Source: a virus
IMG/VR virus record: IMGVR_UViG_3300036795_000250
Location: 1-64,000 of that record
DNA length: 64,000 nt
Strand: one strand, 5' to 3'
The position numbers were made by a program, and so were the translations under genes. The notes below the pieces were generated by a model. That model saw only the letters and a list, made by a program, of their open reading frames with translations. It searched no databases and was not told the origin of the DNA. Shown piece by piece: positions 35,821-44,671 of this stretch. The first letter of the stretch is position 1, and every line of letters starts with the position of its first letter.

Positions 35821-37449
35821 GTGACTTCTCTGATGCCGTCGTCAGGACGGTTCACCGACGCACGTCGGTTCGAGTTCGGCGAGGCCGTCCGTCGGGCCGC
35901 TGACTTCCAGCTGCCTCCTCTGTCCTATTTCAACAGTGACCCATGCCCGCAACACCAGGAGATTCACGCCGACTGTCGGCAGTGTGGCATCGTCTTGCGG
36001 CGCCACCAGCGGATCGGTGTCGCCTGGTTGTACGTGGTGCGGCGCGGCTTGATAGCCGACTCGATGGGTACGGGTAAGACCGCCCACGTGGCAGGTTTGT
36101 TGGCGCTGCTCATGCAGGCTGGTGAGCTAGACGATGACCGAGCAGTCATCGTGGTGCGTTCGGGGAGCCCGGTGATGCAGTGGCAAGCCGAGCTGAACAG
36201 GTTGGTCCCGACACTGGGCGTCAGCGTGGCTACCGGCACGCGACAGGAGCGTGTGGAGCGCTATCTGTCTCCGTGGCGCGTGATGCTGATGGGCTACCAC
36301 ATGTTCTCACGCGACCTGGAGGATATGCTCAACTTCCCGATCAACACGCTGATCGTGGACGACGTGGATGCCTTACGGCACCGGGAAAATAAGACTGCTT
36401 ATGCCATCAAGCGTCTAGCGCGAGACTGCAAGCGAGTGGTCATCCTCTCGGGCACACCACTTCAGAAGCGGCTGCCGGAACTGCACTCGGTGCTGGAGCC
36501 GATTGGCGGGCGAGAGATCTTCGGTTCCGAGCTGGCCTTCCGCCAGCGGTACGTGCGCGAGGAGAAGGTGAAGGTCTACGCCCGTCGCCGCGAGGGTGCG
36601 CCGCAGGCGATCAACACCACCAAGGCCGTCGGCTACAAGAACATTGACGAGTTCATTCAGCGAATTCGGCCGCTGGCCCTGCGGCGCACGGCCGCCGACA
36701 TCACCGATGTCGACCTGCCCGCTGTCGTGTCCCAGGACGTGTTCCTAGATTTGTATCCGGTACAGCACGCCCGGTACCGCGAATTACAGGCCGGGGTCCT
36801 GAAGATCATCAAGGCGGAGGGCACCACCGTCTCCCGCCCGGCCGCAGTAGCACAGTTCACCTACGGCGCGATGCTGTGCTCCGGGCTGTGTACGTTGGGC
36901 GAGGCAGATCGGCCGAAGTCCTCGATCAAGCTGGATTGGCTGGAGGAGAAGCTGGTCGAAGGAGACCTCAGCGACGAGAAAGTCGTTTGCTTCATGAATT
37001 TCAAGAATTCCATCCGGGCGATGCAGGAGCGGCTGACTCGGGCTGGGGTCGGCTACGTCACCATCTGGGGCGAGGAGAAGAGGCCGGCGGCGCGGTTCGC
37101 GGCTCAGGAGAAGTTCTGGCAGGATCCGAACTGCCGGGTGCTGATGGGGACCAGTGCGATCGAGCAGAGCCTGAACCTCCAGATTGCTCGGCATCTGGTC
37201 AATGTGGACACCATCTTGAACGCGGCACGGATGGCCCAGCTCTCGGGTCGGATCAGACGCGACGGGTCTAGCCACTCGACCGTCTATGTGCACAACCTCC
37301 TGACGACGGGGACTCAGGAGGAGCAGTACCTGCCACTGCTGGAACGAGAGCAGGCACTCCAGGACGCCGTCTGGAATGAGCAGAGCGAACTGTTTCATGC
37401 CTTGTCGCCCTTGGCATTGTTGTCTTTGATCGGTAAGAGCAGCGTGTAG
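35821..37449 (+). CDS. SNF2-related helicase/ATPase
   Basis: HQ..G, DSMGTGKT, IVDDVD, LSGTPLQ, SLNLQ, Q..GRIRR. Confidence 0.88.
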   Translation: MTSLMPSSGRFTDARRFEFGEAVRRAADFQLPPLSYFNSDPCPQHQEIHADCRQCGIVLRRHQRIGVAWLYVVRRGLIADSMGTGKTAHVAGLLALLMQAGELDDDRAVIVVRSGSPVMQWQAELNRLVPTLGVSVATGTRQERVERYLSPWRVMLMGYHMFSRDLEDMLNFPINTLIVDDVDALRHRENKTAYAIKRLARDCKRVVILSGTPLQKRLPELHSVLEPIGGREIFGSELAFRQRYVREEKVKVYARRREGAPQAINTTKAVGYKNIDEFIQRIRPLALRRTAADITDVDLPAVVSQDVFLDLYPVQHARYRELQAGVLKIIKAEGTTVSRPAAVAQFTYGAMLCSGLCTLGEADRPKSSIKLDWLEEKLVEGDLSDEKVVCFMNFKNSIRAMQERLTRAGVGYVTIWGEEKRPAARFAAQEKFWQDPNCRVLMGTSAIEQSLNLQIARHLVNVDTILNAARMAQLSGRIRRDGSSHSTVYVHNLLTTGTQEEQYLPLLEREQALQDAVWNEQSELFHALSPLALLSLIGKSSV

Positions 37450-37479
37450 CGGGGTCTGAGTCGAGGGTGAGGTGGCAGG

Positions 37480-38466
37480 GTGGAGGAGCCCTACGCAGTC
37501 TTGCAGGGCTATTGGAGCTGGCGACAATTCATTCAACCGGTGCCGCGTTATCTGACCGTGCTGCTGGGGATGGTGCGTTCATGGGTGATTGACGGCTCCG
37601 AGCCGTCTCGTCAAGCCATCAGCTCGTTCCTGGATGATAAGCGTGCCCTCATCGAGGGCGAGTTGCGCTCCCACGACAATGCGCCCGACCTGATTCCGTT
37701 GCTCGATGCATGTTTGGCGCTGGACGCGATGCATCGTCCGGAGCGCCCGGAGGTTCCGGTCCGAGCGATGCGGCCTGAGCTGGCCGCGTTGGTGCGGCAG
37801 TACGAGCGGTTGCCGAAGGCTGTGGCCTGGAAAGTCTGGCGCACCGCGCCCACCCAACTGGATTTGGATGAGCTGACCGGCATCGCCAATGCCGCCCTGG
37901 TCGCCTCGGCCGCCCGCTGGCCGGCGCACTGCGCGAAGCACGGCTACAGCCCGACCAGTGTCGAATATTTTCAGTACGTCGCCACCCTGCGCATCCGTGG
38001 TGCGGTCTATGACGCGCTGCGCTCCGAGGACTGGGTCACCCGCAAGATCCGCCGGAACGCCAAGGCATTGCTGGCTGCTGGTCAGGAGACCGGGGCCTCA
38101 CTGCACGAACTGTCACAACGAACCGGGTTGTCGCGCGATGACGTGCAGGAGACCTTGCTTGCCATGACGCAGGCGCCAGTCTCCTTAGAGCTCCAGGAGG
38201 TGGAGTTCAGTGCTCCCGAACAGGCTATTGAGTCGCAGGTTGCCGCGAAACAGATCCTGAACGTGTGTGCCGACGCTATTCAGACACTGTCCGAGGAGAA
38301 GCAGAATGTGCTGGTGCTCAAGTACTACTGCGACATGTCCTTGGATGAGATAGCGGAGCAGCTGGAGCTGCCGAAATCTCGAATCTCCGCTCTCCACATC
38401 GAGGCTGTACTCGCAGTGCACGCTGCGATGCGCGCCTACGTCGATGATGTGTCCGAGGCGAGCTAG
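37480..38466 (+). CDS. FliA/WhiG-family (sigma28) RNA polymerase sigma factor with N-terminal extension
   Basis: RIRGAVYDALRSEDW (FliA/WhiG RIRGA..DELR..DW); region 4 L...YY..MSL.EIA..L....SRIS.LH. Confidence 0.9.
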   Translation: MEEPYAVLQGYWSWRQFIQPVPRYLTVLLGMVRSWVIDGSEPSRQAISSFLDDKRALIEGELRSHDNAPDLIPLLDACLALDAMHRPERPEVPVRAMRPELAALVRQYERLPKAVAWKVWRTAPTQLDLDELTGIANAALVASAARWPAHCAKHGYSPTSVEYFQYVATLRIRGAVYDALRSEDWVTRKIRRNAKALLAAGQETGASLHELSQRTGLSRDDVQETLLAMTQAPVSLELQEVEFSAPEQAIESQVAAKQILNVCADAIQTLSEEKQNVLVLKYYCDMSLDEIAEQLELPKSRISALHIEAVLAVHAAMRAYVDDVSEAS

Positions 38467-38468
38467 CG

Positions 38469-38891
38469 ATGACTAAGGCACATGAGAAGAACATGCTGAG
38501 CCGCCACCGCGTAGTCGGCGGTCGTCGCCACGGCAAAGTCTCCACCTATGCCCACGGCTGCAAATGTGTGCTGTGCAAGGCGGCGCACAGTGCCTATGTC
38601 GCCGAGTTCCGCAGGAAAGCTGTAGCGGCACGCTTCGTCGACGCGGACGGCAACCTGTGCGCACCGGTCCCGGAGCACATGCACGGCAGGCTCAGCACCT
38701 ACGGCAATCGCTCCTGCCGCTGTACCCGGTGCCACCAAGCCCGGAGCGACTACCACTACCGGATGTACGGCCCAGCGCGCCAGAAGCTCGCACCAGAGGA
38801 ACTCGCCCGCCTGCGGCGCTCGGTCGGGCTGGCCACCGACACCAGCACGGCGACTATGGCACAGAACACGGCACAGACCAAGGAGTACTGA
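38469..38891 (+). CDS. Protein with two HG..TY..CxCxxC repeats
   Basis: HGKVSTYAHGCKCVLC; HGRLSTYGNRSCRCTRC. Confidence 0.75.
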   Translation: MTKAHEKNMLSRHRVVGGRRHGKVSTYAHGCKCVLCKAAHSAYVAEFRRKAVAARFVDADGNLCAPVPEHMHGRLSTYGNRSCRCTRCHQARSDYHYRMYGPARQKLAPEELARLRRSVGLATDTSTATMAQNTAQTKEY

Positions 38892-39265
38892 TGGCCGGAC
38901 TCGATATGTCCAAAGGCATCCCGCGTGGACGTCCGACGCGGAAGATGCCGACCCCGTTTCAGCGGAAGAGTATTGCGGTCGGACCGCGCGCCGATGAGCA
39001 GCGCCGGGTATGGCAATGGATCCCGCCGTCCGCGCTGACCGAAGGTGACGTCGTGCCAGGCATGGGGCTGGTACACCGGGTGCGGGAAGTGGTGGTCGCA
39101 CCCGGCTTTGAGAGCGGCATGGCGCCGATCGACATCGTCGATGCGATCCTGTGGGCGGTGCGCATCGACGCGGGAGTACCCGACTCGCAGGAGTACGAAG
39201 TGGACGCCTCGACGAACCTCTGGGCGTTCAGCTGCGAGCGAGAAGGGACGAGTGCTGGTGGGTAG
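38891..39265 (+). CDS. Hypothetical protein
   Basis: AAGGAG RBS; TGATG coupling. Confidence 0.7.
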   Translation: MAGLDMSKGIPRGRPTRKMPTPFQRKSIAVGPRADEQRRVWQWIPPSALTEGDVVPGMGLVHRVREVVVAPGFESGMAPIDIVDAILWAVRIDAGVPDSQEYEVDASTNLWAFSCEREGTSAGG

Positions 39266-40769
39266 CAGTTCCTACGAACACTGTCAGACGGTGCTGGTTG
39301 GCATCCTCGCTGGCCGGCGAGACCTCTTGGAGCGCGCGAACCGGCGCCTGATGCCCGAGCACTTCAACGATCAGACACTGCGCAACGTGTTCATCATGAT
39401 CAACCGCTACTTCGAAGTGACCGGCGGCATCCTGACTCGATCCGCCGTGGACGACATCCTGCGTGGCAGTGCGGCCGACGCGGGCCGAGTGGCGCTGTAT
39501 CAGGAGACGTTCGACCTGCTGGTCAGCCGGGCAGCGGATGACGTGGCCGTGCTCTGGTCAGTCGACCAGATCGTGGAGCTCGCCGCCGAGCGAGCCACCA
39601 GCGACGCGTTGGTGCAGGCGATGGCCATCCTCAATCATGGTGCGCAGGATGAGAAGGGTGAGACCCTGCGCGGGCACGGCGATGCGCGTCATCACGTGCT
39701 GGCTGCGTTCGCCGAAATCGACAAGGAGCTGGCCAAGCAGGCTTCGCCCGAAGGCGACATGCGGAGTGAGGGTCGCGAAATCGCCGACGAGTACGAGACT
39801 CGCAAGCAGCTCAAGCGCTCCAACCTCGCCGACGGCTACCGCTTCGGGATCCCGTGTGTCGACGATCTGACGGGCGGGCTCCAGCCTGGGGACCTCGGTC
39901 TCATCGCTGGGTACACCAGCGCAGGCAAGAGCGCGCTGTTGGTGCAGTTGGCCTGGCACATGGCTATCTGCCAAGGCAAGAACGTCGTGGTGGCGACAAC
40001 GGAGACGCTGCGGCCGGCGGTTCGGCGCAAAATTATCTGCCGACATTCCCTGCTGCCCCAGTTCGGCCTTGCCGAGGGGATCAACTCGCGAGACATCCGC
40101 CGTGGCAGCCTCAGCACGGAGCACGAGAAGATCCTGCACGATGTGCTCAACGATTTTACAACCAACCCCGCCTACGGCCACCTACACATCATGCAGGTGC
40201 CCTATGGAGCGACGATCCCCGCGCTGGAAGCACGCCTGATGCGGGTTCACCGGCAGTGGCCGATTCATCTGGTGGCGATGGACTACCTGCAACTGCTGCA
40301 CGGTGAGCGTGAGCGGCGTCGGCACTCCGATCGCGAGGAGCAGTCCTCCATTGTGAAGGCGGCCAAGCAGTTAGCCACGACGTTCGATGATGGCGGTGGC
40401 TTGTGCGTGGTCTCGCCGTGGCAGGTCAATCGGACCAGCCGGGAGATCGCCGGTCGGGAGCATCACTATACGTTGCAGGCACTCTCCGAGACGGCGGAGG
40501 CGTCCAACAGCCCTGACGTGATCATGTCCATCTTGGAGCCGGCCGACACCGCATCGCGCTACGTCGATCTCTTGATGCAGGTGTTGAAGAACCGCGACGG
40601 TATGCGGACCTCGGCGCAGACCATGGCCGTGCGCGGGGACTATGCGACCTCTTCGTTCAGCGAACCCACCCAGGGTGCGTCGCTGACCGCGCTTGCCGCC
40701 GGGAGCGGCTCTCTGGCTGCATCCCCCGCGAACTCCACTGATGGCGAGTCGTTGTTCGTGTCGGGCTAG
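39252..40769 (+). CDS. dnaB: DnaB-like replicative helicase
   Basis: GLQPGDL, AGYTSAGKS, MDYLQL, QVNR, LKNRDG. Confidence 0.9.
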   Translation: MLVGSSSYEHCQTVLVGILAGRRDLLERANRRLMPEHFNDQTLRNVFIMINRYFEVTGGILTRSAVDDILRGSAADAGRVALYQETFDLLVSRAADDVAVLWSVDQIVELAAERATSDALVQAMAILNHGAQDEKGETLRGHGDARHHVLAAFAEIDKELAKQASPEGDMRSEGREIADEYETRKQLKRSNLADGYRFGIPCVDDLTGGLQPGDLGLIAGYTSAGKSALLVQLAWHMAICQGKNVVVATTETLRPAVRRKIICRHSLLPQFGLAEGINSRDIRRGSLSTEHEKILHDVLNDFTTNPAYGHLHIMQVPYGATIPALEARLMRVHRQWPIHLVAMDYLQLLHGERERRRHSDREEQSSIVKAAKQLATTFDDGGGLCVVSPWQVNRTSREIAGREHHYTLQALSETAEASNSPDVIMSILEPADTASRYVDLLMQVLKNRDGMRTSAQTMAVRGDYATSSFSEPTQGASLTALAAGSGSLAASPANSTDGESLFVSG

Positions 40770-40836
40770 CCAGCCCAGAGCACCCGATTTCGCCCGTATG
40801 CAACTGGTTACGGGAACCGATGCCGGTTCCCTGTCC

Positions 40837-41712
40837 TCACGCGGCTAGCTGTACCGGCTCGACGCCAGTGCTCGGCAGGATCACCAATTCCAGCTCACAC
40901 TGACATTGTGGGTGCCGTGGCGGTCCTTGCAGGTCCCGGAATACCGGGATGGGTTTGCGTCCGAGGGTGGCCGTGTAGCTGAACTGCGTGTCCAGCCCGA
41001 TGATGGTGCCCTCCAGCGCCAGGCACATGTCACAGGGATCAGCCGAGGTCGTCATCCACCGCTTCCCCAACCGCAGGGTGGGGTGCTCCCGGCCGAACTC
41101 CTCATAGCTGTCCTGCTGGATCTCCGACTGTGCCTTGGTCACCAGCACGCTCATCACGCCCCGCACGCGCAGATCGAGCCGCTGCATGGCCGTGTTCACC
41201 GCTGCCGCGACGGCGAGCGCGCGCAGGCGCCCCAGCTCCCGCGTCACGTTCGTCGTACCGCCGGGGCGTTGCTGGTAGGAGGGTGGCGGGGTGACACCTC
41301 GATAGGCGGCCGAGGCTAAATTCAAGATGTCGGTCTTCGCGTCGTCCATCGCCCGGTCGAGATCCGCCAGCACGCCGGAGAGATAGCCCGATGGCCACAA
41401 CTCGACGGCGGGTGGCTCGTAGCCCAGGCCGGCGTACTCGCGCTCCAGCTTGCTGCGCGCGAACCGCATCGACGCCTGGTAGCTGGCCGTGGCGAGGTCG
41501 GCCAGTTTGGTGTGGGCGTCGTGCAGCTCGGTGTCCAGCGCCTGCAACACGTCGGCTCGATGCAGCACCGCCTCGGGAGGCTTGCCCGGGTTGTTACGCA
41601 CCACCTGCCCGGCATAGCGGGTGAAGTGTGCCGCGATGCGCCGCACGTCAGCGAGGGCACGCCGCTGTACTTGTTCCTGGAGGCGTTTCGTCGCCATCGA
41701 GCTAGCACTCAC
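40837..41712 (-). CDS. Head morphogenesis protein (MuF/SPP1 gp7-like)
   Basis: KRW.....PCDMCLALEG...PPRHPQCQC. Confidence 0.8.
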   Translation of the reverse strand: MSASSMATKRLQEQVQRRALADVRRIAAHFTRYAGQVVRNNPGKPPEAVLHRADVLQALDTELHDAHTKLADLATASYQASMRFARSKLEREYAGLGYEPPAVELWPSGYLSGVLADLDRAMDDAKTDILNLASAAYRGVTPPPSYQQRPGGTTNVTRELGRLRALAVAAAVNTAMQRLDLRVRGVMSVLVTKAQSEIQQDSYEEFGREHPTLRLGKRWMTTSADPCDMCLALEGTIIGLDTQFSYTATLGRKPIPVFRDLQGPPRHPQCQCELELVILPSTGVEPVQLAA

Positions 41713-42059
41713 TGTGGTTCACCACGTCCCGCTGACCCTGTGAGCGTCTCGTGCGTGTCATGGGTGAGGTCCCGACGCAGCCGCACATCGGCCAGGCTGT
41801 TGACTTGCCAGAGCAGTGCGGCACCCGTGTACACCGCCAGCGCCACAATGGACAGTGTGGATCGGTCAATGAGGTTGACCACACCTATCCCCGAGTACAC
41901 CGACATCACCGCGACCCGGCAGGTCACTGTGCGAACCAGGTGTCGGTGCACTCGATCTGGCGGCCCTCCGCGCAGCCGCACCAATGACACGGTCTGTATC
42001 GCCACGCTCTCTAAAGACACGAACAGGTACAACGCGGCGAGGACTAAGTCAAGGATCAC
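41709..42059 (-). CDS. Membrane protein (~3 TM)
   Basis: Hydrophobic segments; coupled overlap. Confidence 0.7.
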   Translation of the reverse strand: MILDLVLAALYLFVSLESVAIQTVSLVRLRGGPPDRVHRHLVRTVTCRVAVMSVYSGIGVVNLIDRSTLSIVALAVYTGAALLWQVNSLADVRLRRDLTHDTHETLTGSAGRGEPQ

Positions 42060-42433
42060 AATGAGCCTCCACCGCGCAGAGCTTGGGTCAGCTGCTGGTT
42101 CAGTACCGCGATCTGTGACTCCATGCCAGACATTCTGGCTTGCTGGGTAGCCATCCTCGCTTCCCAGTCATCATCCAAGGTCTTAATTTGCTCTCGGTGC
42201 TTGGAGGCCATGTCATCTAATTGCTTCTGGTAGTCTTGCTCCGACTCGCGCAATTGAGCTCTCAGCCGCGCAACTTCAGCCTGTAGGGCCTTCACGATTT
42301 CTTTCCAGGATTCTATGTCGGTCATATCTTGATCCTGGTTGCGCTTACGCTTTGCCGCATAGACCGGAATCACGATAGCACCGATCGCAGTAACTATGAT
42401 TGCTACGATCGCAGTGATATCAGACGCTGTCAT
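42056..42433 (-). CDS. N-terminal TM plus coiled-coil protein
   Basis: ITAIVAIIVTAIGAIVIPV then KRKR and heptads. Confidence 0.75.
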   Translation of the reverse strand: MTASDITAIVAIIVTAIGAIVIPVYAAKRKRNQDQDMTDIESWKEIVKALQAEVARLRAQLRESEQDYQKQLDDMASKHREQIKTLDDDWEARMATQQARMSGMESQIAVLNQQLTQALRGGGSL

Positions 42434-42857
42434 GCGGCTCCCCCTTAGTTGTTCGATCAGCTAGGTTGATAAATGACCGAATCGTCAAGTAGAGGAACAC
42501 TCCCCACGACAACACGTTGACAATCGTGGTTCCGCCGTCAGTCGCCCAACGAATCCAAAACGCCAACCACCACACCAGCACCAGAATGGTCGAGTAGGTA
42601 ACCGATATCACCACAAGCAGCTGATAGGTCGCCTGTAGGCAGGCTATCGATAGCGCACCAGCAGCTAGGTAAGCTAAGCCCCAGCCCCAAGCTGGGATCA
42701 AATCCAGCAAGTTGGCATAAGAAGGTGTGTTGTGGTAGCGGTCAGACTGCAACCAGAGTGTCGCGCCGAGACACAAAAAGACGACGGCCATGATGACCAG
42801 GTGCGACTTCGTATCGGTCAGTCGCAACCATCCCCGCATTTTTCGTGCTCTATTCAT
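42420..42857 (-). CDS. Membrane protein (~4 TM), holin-like candidate
   Basis: Four hydrophobic segments; PAWGWG. Confidence 0.7.
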   Translation of the reverse strand: MNRARKMRGWLRLTDTKSHLVIMAVVFLCLGATLWLQSDRYHNTPSYANLLDLIPAWGWGLAYLAAGALSIACLQATYQLLVVISVTYSTILVLVWWLAFWIRWATDGGTTIVNVLSWGVFLYLTIRSFINLADRTTKGEPHDSV

Positions 42858-42934
42858 TCGCTGTCACGTCCCTGATGTCGGCCACTGAGATGGTCGTTGG
42901 CTCTACTGTCTCGTTTCTGACCCAGGCCCCAAGA

Positions 42935-44614
42935 TCAATCCTCGGCGATCAGCGCATTGAGTTCAGCTAGCGTGTGAATCACGGCCGGAGGCCCCGCCGC
43001 GTCCAGGAGCAATTCCCGAGCCAACCCCGAGAGCGTGATCTCGCCAGGGTCGTCCTCGGCGCTGAACCGGGTGGTGCCACCAACCGAGGTGCGGACCCCG
43101 TGGCCGGGGCCGGGGCCGCCTTGTGGCGCTCCGGTGCTCCTGCTCTGCCGGACAGGTCGCCCCGGGCGAGGTGCGCCGCTGGGCCCGAGCGAGCCACCCG
43201 CAGGCGTGCCGCCGGGCGCTGTCGCGGGTTCCGGTGCCGGGGCAGGCGCGATGTTCGCCTCAGCCTTGGCAAGCTTGGCGGACTCTGCCATCCGTTCTTC
43301 GATGGTCTCGTAGTCGATCTCCAGCCCCAGCTCTTCGGCGACTTGTTTCTCCAGCTCGTGCATGAACTCCGGAGTGCAGCTCTGGAACTCTGGGGAAACG
43401 ACCGCCAGAGTGTTGAACATGTTGGTGGCGATGCCCTTTTGCTCGGCCGTGAGCGGACCAAATCGAAATTTAGGGTAGAGACCACTATCGAAGTTCCAGT
43501 CAATGAACCGGGGGATTATCTTATCGTTGATGAAGCTCTCCACCTCGGCCATGATGGTGTCGAGCATCAGAATGAACATGGCGTCAGACTGCTTGCCGAA
43601 GTCGACCAGCGTCGTCTCGCTCGCCCCGCCACCCTGAGCGTCATCGAAGAACGGCGCGAGAATCGACTTGCTCATCTGGCTGTTGTGGTGATTGATGAAG
43701 GAGAGGAAGTCGAACTGAGTACCCTCCTTCAGCAACTCGACCGTGTACCCGTCCGGGACGGCCAGGTACTGAGCGAAGCCGAGGTCACTCAATGCCTTCG
43801 TGAAGTTTGCTCGCTCCTCCGGAGTCGGCGAGGGGGGTAGGTGACCGACACGGGTACCCGTTGCTGCTCGCTGCGCAGCCAGGTGCGCGACAAAATACAG
43901 ACGGACCTTCTTGTCCCAGTGATAGAAGGCTGCTTCGAAGTAGCTCTTGCCGTAGAACAACTGCTCTTCTTCTTGGCAGGCATGGTAAACGGCTGAGTCC
44001 GGAGGGATCTCTACGTCGATGTACCGGCCCATGAACATGACACGTTGCCGAAATCCCCAGAAGTTTCCGTTCTTGTCCAGCAAGAAGTAGATGGTTTGCG
44101 GGGGGCGCCAGGCCATCTTTTTGAGGGTCCACTTGCCTTTGAGTGGACCCTTCTTCGGTGACCAGTACACTAGTTCGAAGGGCGCGAAGCCATCGAACAC
44201 GGAATTAAGTACCTGTGAGATCACCCGAGTCCACGGTGTCATCATGCCGCCTTGTGATGATGGCATCGTAAACATCTGCTCCACGAAGGTAGCCTCGTCT
44301 TGACCGCCCTTCTGACCGGCCGCAGGAACGAACGTGCAGGTCGACAAGGCAGCGCGGATCGGCAGCACGATCAAGCGGAACAGCGCGCGAGCCTGACCGT
44401 CGGTCCGTCGCATCGAGACAAGCTGCTCGGGAGTGACCTGATCGTCTCGGTAGACTTCCCAGGCGTTACGGTAGGGAGTGACAAAAGGCTGCCACATCCC
44501 GACACCGACTTCGATGTCACCCTTCGGCGATTTCGGAGTGACGCCGTTCAGGATCGTCTTCGACGAATCGACTAACCCCGCCAAAGCAATGACGTCGTTA
44601 TCGTTGTCTGCCAT
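42935..44614 (-). CDS. Portal protein (DUF935/Mu gp29-like)
   Basis: DGFAPFELVY, FINHHNSQMSKSIL, IN.KIIPRFIDWNF...YPKF; follows terL. Confidence 0.88.
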   Translation of the reverse strand: MADNDNDVIALAGLVDSSKTILNGVTPKSPKGDIEVGVGMWQPFVTPYRNAWEVYRDDQVTPEQLVSMRRTDGQARALFRLIVLPIRAALSTCTFVPAAGQKGGQDEATFVEQMFTMPSSQGGMMTPWTRVISQVLNSVFDGFAPFELVYWSPKKGPLKGKWTLKKMAWRPPQTIYFLLDKNGNFWGFRQRVMFMGRYIDVEIPPDSAVYHACQEEEQLFYGKSYFEAAFYHWDKKVRLYFVAHLAAQRAATGTRVGHLPPSPTPEERANFTKALSDLGFAQYLAVPDGYTVELLKEGTQFDFLSFINHHNSQMSKSILAPFFDDAQGGGASETTLVDFGKQSDAMFILMLDTIMAEVESFINDKIIPRFIDWNFDSGLYPKFRFGPLTAEQKGIATNMFNTLAVVSPEFQSCTPEFMHELEKQVAEELGLEIDYETIEERMAESAKLAKAEANIAPAPAPEPATAPGGTPAGGSLGPSGAPRPGRPVRQSRSTGAPQGGPGPGHGVRTSVGGTTRFSAEDDPGEITLSGLARELLLDAAGPPAVIHTLAELNALIAED

Positions 44615-44620
44615 AGCTTT

Positions 44621-44629
44621 ACTATCGGT
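44621..44629 (-). promoter_or_regulatory. Putative late promoter -10 ACCGATAGT; probable leaderless portal mRNA
   Basis: 6 nt before portal ATG; no RBS. Confidence 0.65.
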
Positions 44630-44671
44630 GGCGAGTCAGCGATCGTTGTGCAACCAGGACCGGCTGTGTCG

